In this document: piece by piece, positions 49,302-60,181 of the stretch
How positions within the stretch are numbered: position 1 is the stretch's first letter
Layout: the number at the start of each line of letters is the position of its first letter
Assembly: GCA_963745075.1 (NCBI GenBank)
Contig: CAVUWV010000001.1
Coordinates: 160,001 to 224,000, forward strand
DNA: 64,000 nt
DNA from: Candidatus Hydrogenedentota bacterium
Lineage (GTDB): Bacteria > Hydrogenedentota > Hydrogenedentia > Hydrogenedentales > SLHB01
Reading direction: 5' to 3'
The notes under the pieces: model-generated
What the model was told of the DNA's origin: nothing
Seen by the model: only the letters and a program-made list of their open reading frames with translations
Database searches by the model: none
Translations under genes and position numbers: made by a program

Positions 49302-50811
49302 ATGTCGGAGCTGTCGACTATCAAGCCCGCATTACGCGGGCGTATCGGGCTCTATTCCATCGGTCATGCCCACTACTGGGAGCAGTTTGACGGGCTTCTC
49401 GATCGCCTGATCGACTATGGCCGGTTTGTCGAGAAACGCTTGTCGGCGCACGGGGAAGTCCACAACTTCGGCATGGTGGACACGGAAGCAGAAAGCGCAC
49501 GCGGCCGGCGAGTTCTTCAACGCGCAGAACGTCGATCTCCTGGTTTGTCATGCGGCTACCTACGCGATGAGCGCCACGCATCTCCCCATTCAGCAGATCT
49601 GCAAACGGCCGACCATCGTGCTCAACCTGCAACCGTCGGAGCGGATGAACTACGCGAAGACAGCCACGGGCGAATGGCTGGCCCATTGTTGCGCGTGCTG
49701 CGTGCCGGAGATTGCGAATGCGTATACGCGTGCGGGAATCCCGTTCCACGTAGTGAGCGGGTTGTTGGGGTTGGAGGAGACACCGAAGATCTCCGTGGCG
49801 AACGAAACCACGGCGAATCATCCCGACGCCATCGCGGCGTGGAAAGAGATTGACGAGTGGGTCCGGGCCGCGTCGGTGGTGCGCACGCTGCAGTACGGCC
49901 GCATGGGATTCCTTGGACACACCTATCCCGGCATGCTGGACATGTACAGCGACTTCACGATGGTGCAGGCCCAAACGGGATTGCACGTCGAAATCCTCGA
50001 GATGTGCGATCTCGCGACGCTCGCTTCCGATGTCACAGAGAAAGAGAAACAAGACAAACTTCGCGAAATCGAGGAGCTGTTCATCATCAGCGAAGACTCG
50101 CCGTCCGATCCCCTCGCGAAACGGCCAACGCCGGAGCAATTGGACTGGTCCTGCACGGTAGCCGTGGCGCAGGAGAAGCTGGTGCGCGAGTTTGACCTCG
50201 ACGCGTTGACCTACTACTACCGCGGCGCGCCTGGCAACGAGTACGAACGCTTTCAGGCGGGATTCATCCTCGGGCATTCGCTTCTGACCGCGCGGGGCAT
50301 CCCCTGTTCGGGTGAGGGCGATATGAAGACGGCCATCGCCATGAAGATCTCCGACGTTCTCGGCGTCGGCGGTAGCTACAGCGAGATCGTGGCGACGGAC
50401 TTCGTGGACCAAACGATCCTGATGGGACACGATGGACCGTTTCATATCGGCATTTCGGACCAGAAGCCAATCCTGCGCGGGATGGGCCTGTACCACGGTA
50501 AGTGGGGCGCGGGCGTGTCCGTCGAAGCGAAGGTGAAGACCGGTCCGGTGACGATTTTGGGCGTGACGCAGACGGTCGATGGTCGTCTGAAAATGATCGC
50601 GAACCAGGGCGAGGCGACGGATGGCGAGATTCTTCGCATCGGCAACACGATGACGCCCGTGCGGTTTGCCAAGAAACCGTCGCAGTTTATGAACGAGTGG
50701 TTCGCGCTGGGACCGACCCATCACGTGGCCATGTCCGTTGGGTGCAATGCGGAGGTATTTAGGAAGGTCGCGGCGTTGTTGGATTGGCCGTTCGATACGG
50801 TTTGCTTATAA
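49302..50811 (+). CDS. L-fucose/L-arabinose isomerase-family protein, one frameshift near 49486
   Basis: IPCSGEGD, YSE, LMGHDGP, GPTHH metal-site motifs; GHTYPGMLD. Confidence 0.85.
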
Positions 50812-50832
50812 TCGTCCGAGGCGCTTGACCAT

Positions 50833-50990
50833 ACATCCCCCTTGATCCCCCTTCAAAGGGGGAATTTCGCGCAACGCTTCGCGTTGCGTTCGGGACTGGC
50901 AGTAGCATAACTTCAGAGCCGCTTACGCCGCTCGTATAGATTGGCGTAGTTACGTACCATTCCCCCTTTGAAGGGGGATCAGGGGGATGT
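50833..50990. repeat. Second copy of the CCCCCTTTGAAGGGGG inverted-repeat element
   Basis: Same terminal IRs as 38975-39243 (right arm lacks one A), shares GCGCAACGCT.CGCGTTGCG-like inner hairpin, different interior. Confidence 0.85.
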
Positions 50991-51056
50991 TCTTGCGTCA
51001 ACTATGATGCAATTTGTCGTGTCGTGAACTGAGGTCCAGTAGGGGAGGCGGACATC

Positions 51057-52100
51057 GTGGTTAATCCATTCTTTGGCGTGTTCTTGCATGCGGTCGGGGG
51101 GCTCGCTGCGGGCAGTTTCTACATCCCGTTCAAGGGCGTCCGCCAATGGGCCTGGGAAAGCTATTGGCTGGTGGGCGGGGTGTTCAGTTGGATCATCGCG
51201 CCGTGGATCGTGGCGTCGTTGGTGGCCCCCGATGTGCTCGGCATACTTGGAGACGCCCCCGCTTCCAGTCTCTTCTGGAGCTATTTCTTCGGTGTGTTGT
51301 GGGGAATCGGCGGACTCACCTTCGGGCTGTCCATGCGGTATCTGGGCTTGTCGCTCGGGTATGCGTTGGCACTGGGGTTCTGCGCCGCCTTTGGCACCCT
51401 CATCCCGCCGATGTTCCAAGGCACCTTGTTGCCCATGTTTGGGAACGTATCCGGTCTGACGGTACTCGCAGGGGTGGGCGTGTGTCTCGGTGGTATTGCG
51501 GTCTGTGGGCGGGCAGGTGTGCGCAAGGAGCATGAACTGTCAGCGGAGGAGAAGGCCGCCGCGATCCAGGAGTTCAATTTTAAGAAGGGCGTTTGGGTCG
51601 CGATCTTCGCGGGCGTCATGAGCGCCTGTATGGCCTTCGCACTCGCAGCGGGCAAACCGATCGCGGCCGTTGCGGTGGAACACGGAACGCCGGAGTTGTG
51701 GCAGAACACGCCCGTATTGATCGTGATATTCGCGGGCGGATTTACGACAAACTTCCTCTGGTGCGTCTACTTGAATTGGAAAAATAAGACGGCGGGGGAT
51801 TACCTCAATTTCGGCAGTACCCCGGCCGTGCTGAACTACGTGTTGTCCGCTCTTGCCGGGACCATCTGGTACTTCCAGTTCATGTTCTACGGCATGGGAA
51901 CCACCCAGATGGGACGCTACGACTTTTCAAGTTGGACGCTCCACATGGCGTTCATCATCGTCTTCAGTAATCTATGGGCGTTAGCGTTCCGCGAGTGGAA
52001 GGGGTCAAGCCGCGCGACGCGTGTCTGGATCGCGGCGGGCATCTTAGTGCTCATCGCGTCGACCATCGTCGTGGGGTACGGGAACAAGCTTGCCAGCTAA
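51057..52100 (+). CDS. rhaT: L-rhamnose/proton symporter RhaT family
   Basis: GSFYIPFKGVRQWAWESYW, WGIGGLTFGLSMRYLG, WYFQFMFYGMG, SWTLHMA, EWKG. Confidence 0.9.
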   Translation: MVNPFFGVFLHAVGGLAAGSFYIPFKGVRQWAWESYWLVGGVFSWIIAPWIVASLVAPDVLGILGDAPASSLFWSYFFGVLWGIGGLTFGLSMRYLGLSLGYALALGFCAAFGTLIPPMFQGTLLPMFGNVSGLTVLAGVGVCLGGIAVCGRAGVRKEHELSAEEKAAAIQEFNFKKGVWVAIFAGVMSACMAFALAAGKPIAAVAVEHGTPELWQNTPVLIVIFAGGFTTNFLWCVYLNWKNKTAGDYLNFGSTPAVLNYVLSALAGTIWYFQFMFYGMGTTQMGRYDFSSWTLHMAFIIVFSNLWALAFREWKGSSRATRVWIAAGILVLIASTIVVGYGNKLAS

Positions 52101-54385
52101 GAGTTCGGCGGTTCCGTAGTCACGCGAAGACCGGTGGGCACGGCGTCCGAGTCACGTTCCGTGATTCGGAAGTACAGACCCCAATCCCGGCCGGTCTGGC
52201 CGATCTTCAGCAAGACCGTGGACGTTCCCTGCGGCAGCGTCACCGGCACGAGATCGTCGTCGGCCGCAGCGGGCCGGCTGATTGGGTTGTTCCAGATTTC
52301 CCTGCCATTGAGGAACGCCTTGACCGAGTCGTTGCTGCCGATGCGGAACATGACGTCGCGCGGCCCGTCGTCCAGCGTGACCCAGCACAAGGCGTAGGCG
52401 CAGACCCAATCGGTTTGGTCGAATTCCTGGAGCAGATCGACGTAGCCCGTCCACTCGGGCGTGTGATTGGGTTGCCATTTCGCGACGGCGTCACTCTTGC
52501 CTGCGTACGTGGCATCCAGATCGATGACCTCTTCCGGCGGATAGACGCGGTCGTGGCCTTCTTTGTTCTGATTGTCGAAGGGACCACACAGGAGCCAGCG
52601 ATTAACAAAACCTTGTTCCTTGGCAAACCGATCGCTCAGTCCAATTAGTGTTTTCTCCTTCGCGATGTCGGCGAGGAGATAATCTTCGTTGATCGCGGCC
52701 ATGCCGTCGATCGCTGCGGTCAGGCGATCGATGGTGCGCTTGTACTCGTCGTACGAAACGGAGTCGTCCGCGGTCCGGAGGTCGACGTACGCGTCCATCT
52801 CGTCATGGGAGAGCCCGACCATATCGAGGCGTTGCTGAACCAAGGGCGAAGTGGCCTTAGACTTCGCCCGCGCCAAGGCCTCGCCGCATTTAGCGACCGT
52901 TTCGCGCGTGAAGTATTTGGGATAGTCGGATAGGCCCCACTCGACCTTCTTCTCCAGACCCCGAAACGGTGCGGCCAACGTGTCGTAGTACTCGCGCATC
53001 TCGGGCCCGGCTTCTTCAAAGAAACTTGTCATGAGATCGTTGAAGAGCGTCTCGCCGTCCCGCGAGGAGTCCCACATCATCTGGGCCGCGATCCAATAGT
53101 TCGGGAAATAGGCGGCCCAGGAATCCTGCCCTTCGAAGGACACCCCTTTGACGCCGAGTTCTTTGTATCCGGCCATTTCGTTGACGTGCGATTCCCACAT
53201 GGGCCAGGGCAAACCGCCGCTATAGGGCACGGGATCGTACTCGTAAATGAACACGTGCTCCGTCAACAACGTCCACCGTGCGAGGAGGTCTTTGAAGGCC
53301 TGCCGCGATGGGCAGAACGTGTCCCCAATGCCATGGGCGGAGCAGTACACGCTGGTCGTGGCGAAAATGCACGTATTGGGATTGACCTCGGTGTTTACAG
53401 GCGGATCGGTGTGGTTTTCGTTGTAGGCGTAGGTGGTCAGCCATACATCCGGATGCTTGCCCTTCAGTCGGTCAAAGACCCCGTTCAGAAAGACCTGATA
53501 GCGATCCGCGATACTCGGTTTTCCGCCGCTGTCAATATGGCCGGAATCCAGGGCGGTACAGTTCTCGCACTCGCAGAAGTCGGAGTTGTCGTCGGGGCAC
53601 AGCGAATACGCGATGGTTTGTGGATATTTGTCGAGGTACTGATCGATGGCCTTCGCCACCAGATCGACGGTTTCGGGATTGGACGTGCAGATCTGCGTCT
53701 TCTGGCGTGTACCGTCGACGAGCGCGTACAACTCGGGCCGGTCCTCGAAGGACGCGAAGACGCCCAGTGTGCTGGTAAGGTTGTGGCCGTGTTGGATCGG
53801 CGGACGGTTCATGCGGTTTCGGCGCAGCCATTCCGCCCGGCGTTGGGACCCTTCGCGTGAACAGCCGTAGGCGTACCAGATCTCGCGGAAGAGGAAATCG
53901 GGTTTGTCGACCGTGTGTTGCACGGGGATCGCGGCAGTATCCTTCTTCGGAATACATTCTCCGATGGCGCCGGGCATGATCCAGCGGCAACCGAGGTCGC
54001 GCAACACGGTGTAGACGGCATGCCGTGCACCCAGGGGCGACCCGCCGATCAGGTGGATTGCATCGGGCGACACGTTGAGGACAAAGGCTTCTTCCGCGAG
54101 AGCTGGTACATCGAAGTCCAAATCCTTGAACTGTTCAACCACACCGACGTGTAACGGGATGAGATCGGCGCCGGACGCGGTTGGGACCCGTGTCCCCGTC
54201 ATCTTCTCGACGGTGATCACGAAGTCATCTACCGCGGCCGTGAGGTCCGTATCGGACGGATCGGCTTGGTCAATATACACCTTGGCTTGGCCGTCCTGAA
54301 CGAGTGCGACCTGGGGCGTTTCCCCGACTGCGGAAGACAGCGTGCAATAGGTAAGAAGGCAGAAAAACGTCGCGATGCGTATCAT
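52097..54385 (-). CDS. DUF4838-domain exported protein with C-terminal beta-sandwich
   Basis: LGCRWIMPG.IGE.IP, ICTSNP, PDD..DFCECENC, WLLCGPF, IGSND. Confidence 0.8.
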   Translation of the reverse strand: MIRIATFFCLLTYCTLSSAVGETPQVALVQDGQAKVYIDQADPSDTDLTAAVDDFVITVEKMTGTRVPTASGADLIPLHVGVVEQFKDLDFDVPALAEEAFVLNVSPDAIHLIGGSPLGARHAVYTVLRDLGCRWIMPGAIGECIPKKDTAAIPVQHTVDKPDFLFREIWYAYGCSREGSQRRAEWLRRNRMNRPPIQHGHNLTSTLGVFASFEDRPELYALVDGTRQKTQICTSNPETVDLVAKAIDQYLDKYPQTIAYSLCPDDNSDFCECENCTALDSGHIDSGGKPSIADRYQVFLNGVFDRLKGKHPDVWLTTYAYNENHTDPPVNTEVNPNTCIFATTSVYCSAHGIGDTFCPSRQAFKDLLARWTLLTEHVFIYEYDPVPYSGGLPWPMWESHVNEMAGYKELGVKGVSFEGQDSWAAYFPNYWIAAQMMWDSSRDGETLFNDLMTSFFEEAGPEMREYYDTLAAPFRGLEKKVEWGLSDYPKYFTRETVAKCGEALARAKSKATSPLVQQRLDMVGLSHDEMDAYVDLRTADDSVSYDEYKRTIDRLTAAIDGMAAINEDYLLADIAKEKTLIGLSDRFAKEQGFVNRWLLCGPFDNQNKEGHDRVYPPEEVIDLDATYAGKSDAVAKWQPNHTPEWTGYVDLLQEFDQTDWVCAYALCWVTLDDGPRDVMFRIGSNDSVKAFLNGREIWNNPISRPAAADDDLVPVTLPQGTSTVLLKIGQTGRDWGLYFRITERDSDAVPTGLRVTTEPPNS

Positions 54386-54459
54386 TCGATCTTCTCCAGT
54401 CGTGCATTCTCTAGATAGACGTAGATTCTACTTGCCGGTCATGTCCAACCCCAAACCGT

Positions 54460-56343
54460 TCATTCACCGTCGGTACCGGTCCAAAGCGCTCGCATGACGG
54501 CGGCGGATTCTTTCGGGCGCCGGTGAAAGTCGAACAATCCATAGGCGCAACGCATCTCGTAAATGCGGGTGTACTTCCGGTGCACGTCCGAGTCGGCGAA
54601 GCACCATACAAACCCACCCGCGAAATCCGGCTCCTTCATAAACGTTTCCCATTCGGTGCGCAGCAATTCCGCTTGATAGATCTCCCCGGGGAAATAGTCC
54701 GTTCTTAATCCGTACAGCGCCCAGTTGCCGAATTCCGTCACGAGAAGCGGCTTGCCGGGGTGCGTTTCGCGGAGACTGGCGAGCTTATTGTGAATGCCCT
54801 CGGGCAGCTCCGGGAGATTCGAAACCTGCGGCGCGGAGATGCCCATGTAGACATTGACCGAATTCAGATCGGTCTTCTCCAGCACCACGTCGCGGGGCCA
54901 TTCGTTGCTGGGTTCGATGATGGGGCGGGTCGAATCGAGCGAATGGGCGAGGTCAACCAGTTCGAGGTTCCCCGCCGCGACCATTTTGGAGATGCGCGCA
55001 TATTCCTCACCTTTCTCGCGTGGGAAGATGCGGTTTTCGTTGCTGACGCTCCACATCATAACGGAGGGATGGTTGCGCAGCGTACGGACCATTTCCGTAA
55101 GCTGTGCTTTCGCGGCCACGAGATTCTTTTCGGAGTGGCCTATCCGCCCCCACTGATACAAAGGCACCTCGCACACGGCGAGCAAACCGACGCGATCCAG
55201 TGCATCGTACGTACCGTTCGCGTAGGTGTAGTGACAGCGAACAGCATTCGCGCCGAGCCCTTTGATCAGGGCGAGGTCCTCGGCCAGGTTCTGTCCGGTT
55301 GACGTCATACCGGTGCCAGGATAGTTCTCGTAGCGGTTTACGCCCTTAATCAGATAGGGCTTTCCGTTGAGCAGAATACGGTCTTCTTCGACCGAGATCG
55401 TGCGAATGCCGATAGCAGCCTGCCACGTGTCAAGACATGCGCCGGTGGCCGCATCCCGAAGCTCCAGGTTCAGCGTATAAAGGTCAGGCGATTCCGGCGA
55501 CCAGAGCTTGGCCTGAGGCACCGGAATGTCGAGCTGCGTGGAGGCGTCGACATCTTTGTCCGATCGCAGCGTCGCGACCGCGCCACCGCCCGCATCGTAC
55601 AATCGCGCGATGACATAGGCCAAAGGCGCGGGTTTGGAATCATTCACGACATTTGCCGCTACCGAGATCATTGCCGGGCTGCGTAGCGCATCCGTCGAGA
55701 TGACCACGTCGCCAAGCCGCGACGGATTCGTCACGACGAGGCGTACGGGCCGGTAGAGTCCGCCATGGTCCCACCAGTCATGACGCTCCATGGGCACGCG
55801 TTCGAGGAGGGACTTGTTGTCCACGGAGATGGCGAGAACGTTGTCCTCGCCGAAGCGCAGGTACTCGCTGATGGGAATGCTGAACTGGGTGTAGCCGCCC
55901 TCATGGACGCCAGCCTTTGTTCCGTTGACGTACAGGACCGTCCGGTAGTTGCTGCCATCCGAGACGAACTCGACGTGTCTTCCCTGCCATTCCGCGGGGA
56001 TGCGGACGCCCTTGCGATACCATGCTTCGCCTTCGTAGCTCCAGAGATCCTCGAACTGCGTGTTCCAGCTTGCGGGGACGGCGATATCCCACCATGCGGT
56101 GTCATCAAAGTCCGGCTCCATCCAGCCGAAATGGCGGTCCTCGGCACCGTCGGGGTAGGTCTTGTGCTCGGCGAGGCCGTTCTGGAGGAATTCATGCCTG
56201 CCCTCGATTTCCTCGAAGGCGGGGTAGAACTTCCAGATGCCGTTCAGGTCTTCTGTGATTCGTTGTGATGGCGCCGCAGGCGGAAGCGTTGCCGACTGCG
56301 CGACGAGTCCAGCCACGATGGCGGGCACGAGAAAGTGAAGCAT
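54460..56343 (-). CDS. Glycoside hydrolase family 2 (beta-glucuronidase/galactosidase-like)
   Basis: LNGIWKF, HEGGYT, KGVNRYE, NHPSVMMWSVSNE (acid/base), LVTEFG (nucleophile); start set at ATG 56343. Confidence 0.9.
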   Translation of the reverse strand: MLHFLVPAIVAGLVAQSATLPPAAPSQRITEDLNGIWKFYPAFEEIEGRHEFLQNGLAEHKTYPDGAEDRHFGWMEPDFDDTAWWDIAVPASWNTQFEDLWSYEGEAWYRKGVRIPAEWQGRHVEFVSDGSNYRTVLYVNGTKAGVHEGGYTQFSIPISEYLRFGEDNVLAISVDNKSLLERVPMERHDWWDHGGLYRPVRLVVTNPSRLGDVVISTDALRSPAMISVAANVVNDSKPAPLAYVIARLYDAGGGAVATLRSDKDVDASTQLDIPVPQAKLWSPESPDLYTLNLELRDAATGACLDTWQAAIGIRTISVEEDRILLNGKPYLIKGVNRYENYPGTGMTSTGQNLAEDLALIKGLGANAVRCHYTYANGTYDALDRVGLLAVCEVPLYQWGRIGHSEKNLVAAKAQLTEMVRTLRNHPSVMMWSVSNENRIFPREKGEEYARISKMVAAGNLELVDLAHSLDSTRPIIEPSNEWPRDVVLEKTDLNSVNVYMGISAPQVSNLPELPEGIHNKLASLRETHPGKPLLVTEFGNWALYGLRTDYFPGEIYQAELLRTEWETFMKEPDFAGGFVWCFADSDVHRKYTRIYEMRCAYGLFDFHRRPKESAAVMRALWTGTDGE

Positions 56344-56446
56344 GAAGATTCCCCCTGGCATTGTGAACTGTCGGTTTATCTGCCCCGTATGGAAAGCATA
56401 AGATAATTGAGCGTTTGCGGCAAGAGGACTATCGTGAAGGGCGGGG

Positions 56447-57181
56447 ATGGGCAAAGAAATGGTCGCAGTATTCACCATAGCGGCCGTGAGTCTATTCGCC
56501 GCGGGCAATGCCGATCCCGCTGCGGAGGAGAGTTCCGCGCCGGCGATCGTGCTATTTGGAGATTCGACAACGGCCCCGCGCGGATCGCTGAAAGTCTTTG
56601 GGACGCTGCTCGGCGAAGAGTTCGCGGACCATGGACTGTCGGTATCGGTGATCAACGCCGGAGTCGGTGGCAACACCACGGTGGCGGCGCGTGAGCGATT
56701 CGAATCGGACGTGCTGGCGCGCGACCCCGATGTCGTCACCATCTTCTTTGGAATCAATGATGCCGCGGTAGACATATGGAAGGGCGCAACAACGCCACGC
56801 GTTTCCTTGAGTGCGTACCGCGAGAACCTGACGTACTTCGTAGAAACGCTGAAGGCGCGGGGGGCGCGACCCATACTTCTCACCCCAAACCGTCTGGAGT
56901 GGACACCGAAACTGCGGGATCTATACGGGAAACCGCCGTACAACCCCGAGAGTGACGACGGGTTCAACGTGTTACTCGACACCTATGCAGACGTGGTGCG
57001 CGAAATTGCGAAGGACGAACACGTGCCGCTTGTCGACGTGCAACGAGTCTTCGAGCAACATAAACAACGCGAGCCCGGCCAACCGCTGCTCCTGGATGGA
57101 ATGCATCCGAACGAGCAAGGGCATCGCCTGATCGCTGATGCCGTGCTAAAGGTGCTTGTACCGATGTTGGACACTCGCTAG
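56447..57181 (+). CDS. SGNH/GDSL hydrolase
   Basis: FGDSTT, NAGVGG, FGIND, DGMHPN. Confidence 0.92.
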   Translation: MGKEMVAVFTIAAVSLFAAGNADPAAEESSAPAIVLFGDSTTAPRGSLKVFGTLLGEEFADHGLSVSVINAGVGGNTTVAARERFESDVLARDPDVVTIFFGINDAAVDIWKGATTPRVSLSAYRENLTYFVETLKARGARPILLTPNRLEWTPKLRDLYGKPPYNPESDDGFNVLLDTYADVVREIAKDEHVPLVDVQRVFEQHKQREPGQPLLLDGMHPNEQGHRLIADAVLKVLVPMLDTR

Positions 57182-57235
57182 TCTCCGGGTTTTGATATTC
57201 CTTCCCGATGAGTATGCGTCATGCGTGGCGCAAAG

Positions 57236-57266
57236 TCCCCCTTTGAAGGGGGATTTAGGGGGATGT
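57236..57266. repeat. Solo arm of the CCCCCTTTGAAGGGGG repeat
   Basis: TCCCCCTTTGAAGGGGGATTTAGGGGGATGT between convergent genes. Confidence 0.8.
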
Positions 57267-57315
57267 TTCCTGACGCGTTTGATCCCGATATCGGAACAAC
57301 TTCAAACTCGGGAAG

Positions 57316-59941
57316 CTAGTTGTCTTTTATCAGCCACGCCTCGGACACGAGGGTGCCCCAGCCGCCGGAGTTGCGCCATTGTTCAACGGTGACGCGGTCG
57401 CCCACGGCCACGTCGTGCGCCTTCTCGAAGCGGATCACGAGGTTGCCGTCCTGCGTAGACTCTTTCGGTATATCGAAAGTAAAGAAGTCGCTCATCTTGT
57501 ACGGCAATTCGAGTTCGCGGACCAATAGCGTATCGTCGGCATAGATCGACTCGGACTTCTGATTCATCCGGTAGTCGTAGCGTTCCTGGAACCAGGGGCG
57601 GACCAGGGTGAGCCGAATCCGATACGTTGCGTTCGGGTCAAGATTGCGGTATTCGAGCGTGACGCCTTGCGCCTCGTTCTGCGTGTAGTGCATGGAGCGC
57701 TGGCTGGGGCGGTTCCCTTCATCGAGCATGCCGTACACGTAGGGTTGACCGTGGTCGTAGGGATACCCGAACGTCACATCGGGGCACGGATTGAAAGTAC
57801 CCAAATTGTCGTAGAATCCCCCGTCGCCCGGGTCGTCGTACGCGACAATCATCCCCAGCAGTTCATGTTGTTCCTCACCTTTCGCGGCGCGCGCGCGTTG
57901 GAGTTGACGTTTCAACCAGCCCAGGCCGATGAAATCGTGGTCGAGACTGAAGTAGCCGTCGCTGCGCACGCCGAACAGGGCGTTGCTTTCGTCACCAAGG
58001 CGTCCGGCTTCGTTCCGTAGGGCAGTCATTTCCGGCGTGTCTGCCAAGTCATCGAACCAGGTCAGCATGGTGTCGATGGCTCTGTTGGGATTCCTTTCCT
58101 TAAGAATCGTGGCCGTACGCTTCTCGATCCGGTCCTGGAGGGCGGTCTGCTGTTGAACGTTTAGTTTGGTGTATAGGTCCTGCGCGCCCTTTTCCATGTA
58201 CTCCCGCCAGAGCCAGTTGTTCTTCATCTCGAACGCGGGCATTCGCTCCCCGGCGTCTTTGACGAGACGGTAATACTCGTCAATATTCGTTTTCTCGGTA
58301 ATCGGTGTGTCGGGATCTTCCTGGAGATACTCCTCCATCAGGAAGATGGCTTTGGCCATGTCCGGCGCCGCCTCGCGTCCGAACCAGGTCCGGCAGTATT
58401 CGTCGACCACGTCTTCGACGGACATTTGCGGGTTCCAAAGCAGCCGTTGCCACATCCACTGATTGAAGTGATCGTGGTGCCCGCTGGAATGGGTGATATC
58501 GCCGACGCCGTAGCGGTCCACCTCGCCGAAGAGCCAGTGGTAGAAGCGAGGCCAGGCGTAAAACGTAAGCCGATCGTAGACCATCGTGATGGCCTGGTCG
58601 GGCCGCCGTTCGTAGAGCCAGTGATTCCAGGGAGGCGGCAGGTCGCCGTTGCGGTCGGCGCGCGGGTACATCTGGATGTAGCCGTGTTGTGAATACCGCC
58701 AGTGCGTGATTTCGTTGTAGTGGACCAGCGTCTGTTGTGGCGGGAGCTGGTGCATGATCTCCTGATTGTAGCGGTCGAAGGGGCCGAAACCGGGATGGTG
58801 GAACAAGTCCATGCGGTGCGTCTGCCGGTGCCCCGGTTGCCAGCTCATGGCATCCGAGCCGGGCCCGTAGCCCCAGGCCCACAACCAGTCGCGCGGTTTC
58901 TCCTGCAAGTACTTGAAGATGGCTTGGTCATCGTCGTCGTCGAATTTCTGGTTTGTGAAGTAGATGCGTGTGTCCGGGTGATACTTATGAATAGCGTTCG
59001 CCATCCGCTCGACGACCTTGATAAACGTCAGGCCGTAGGGATCGCACTTGTCACATTCGCAGCCCCCGCCGTCGCCGCCGTGGAACTTGATGAAATCGAA
59101 GGCCGGCGCGTTTTTGAACTTGTCCTCGCACCGTTTCACCTGCGCCTCAACCGCCTCCGGCACGGACAGGCACAGGTATCCAGTCCGTCCGATCGATTCC
59201 TTGGCTTGCCACTCGGGAGGTCCCGATCCGGTGTTGGCTCCGAAACCACCCTGGGTCATGAGGCCATAGGACTTGATGAAATCGAACATGGGACCGGCTT
59301 CCGTGGTGAAGACATTGGCGCCGGCCAGCGCGTAGTCCAGGATGACGCGTTCGGTTTCCTCATCGGTCCAGTCCCGCACATGCGCTTTCGACTTGGCCAC
59401 GTGACTTTGCCCGTACTGGGTTCCGCGAACTTCGAAGGCCGGCGCCGTTCGAACGTTCAGCTCGTCGGGAACCTGGACGGATTCCGGAGTCAGGATGACT
59501 TGCCGCAGAATCTCACCCACGGCATAGAGCGTGCCGCGGTCATCGTATCCCGCCGCGATAAGGAGATTGGCGTCTTCGCTCGTATCGAAATGAACCAGGA
59601 AACCTTCCAGACCCGGATCCAAATCGGTCAACGGTTTCACGCGGTTTGCATGAAACCATTCGGCAAGCGCCTCGTGTCGATCCAGGGACCCCAGGAGAAC
59701 GAGGAGCGTGTCGTGAGCCGTATCGTCAGTTTGCGACGCGGTACGGCTGAGTTGCACGGGAAAGTTCCCGGCTTCCGCCAAACGGATCGCAAAGCAAATG
59801 TGCCACGCGTAATTGAACGCCTGTCGCACCCTCGCCCGCTCGGACGATGACACGGTGGAAGGTCGCCACCTCTGCCGAAGCGCTTGTGACAGCGCATAAC
59901 ACGAGAACGAGAACGGCGAGGTAGCGTTTGACGCGAAGCAT
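57316..59941 (-). CDS. Large exported glycoside-hydrolase-like protein (GH67/GH20-type N-domain), one frameshift near 59785
   Basis: Signal peptide MLRVKRYL in one frame; LEGF...AGYDDRGTLYAVGEILR, PAFEVRG and rest in the other. Confidence 0.65.
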
Positions 59942-60181
59942 GTGGATGATCTCCTTTTCAAGAAACGGGCAGGATTGCTCCCCCAAAGAGCACGTCATGA
60001 GCAATTCCGCTGAGCGCCATCATACCGAACCGTGCGGTCGGATATCGAAGGCACGGACTGGTTGACCCGATGCGCGGCATTGGCGATAATCGGCGGAAAC
60101 CGAATCCTTGAGAGAATTCTCGTCTCGCAACTGATACGTGTAATTTGACACCCGCCTAATGGGATGACAGGAGTCGATGCG

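Noticed and set aside
56344..56982. N-terminal extension of the GH2 ORF
   Set aside because: Antisense to the SGNH hydrolase; signal peptide begins at 56343
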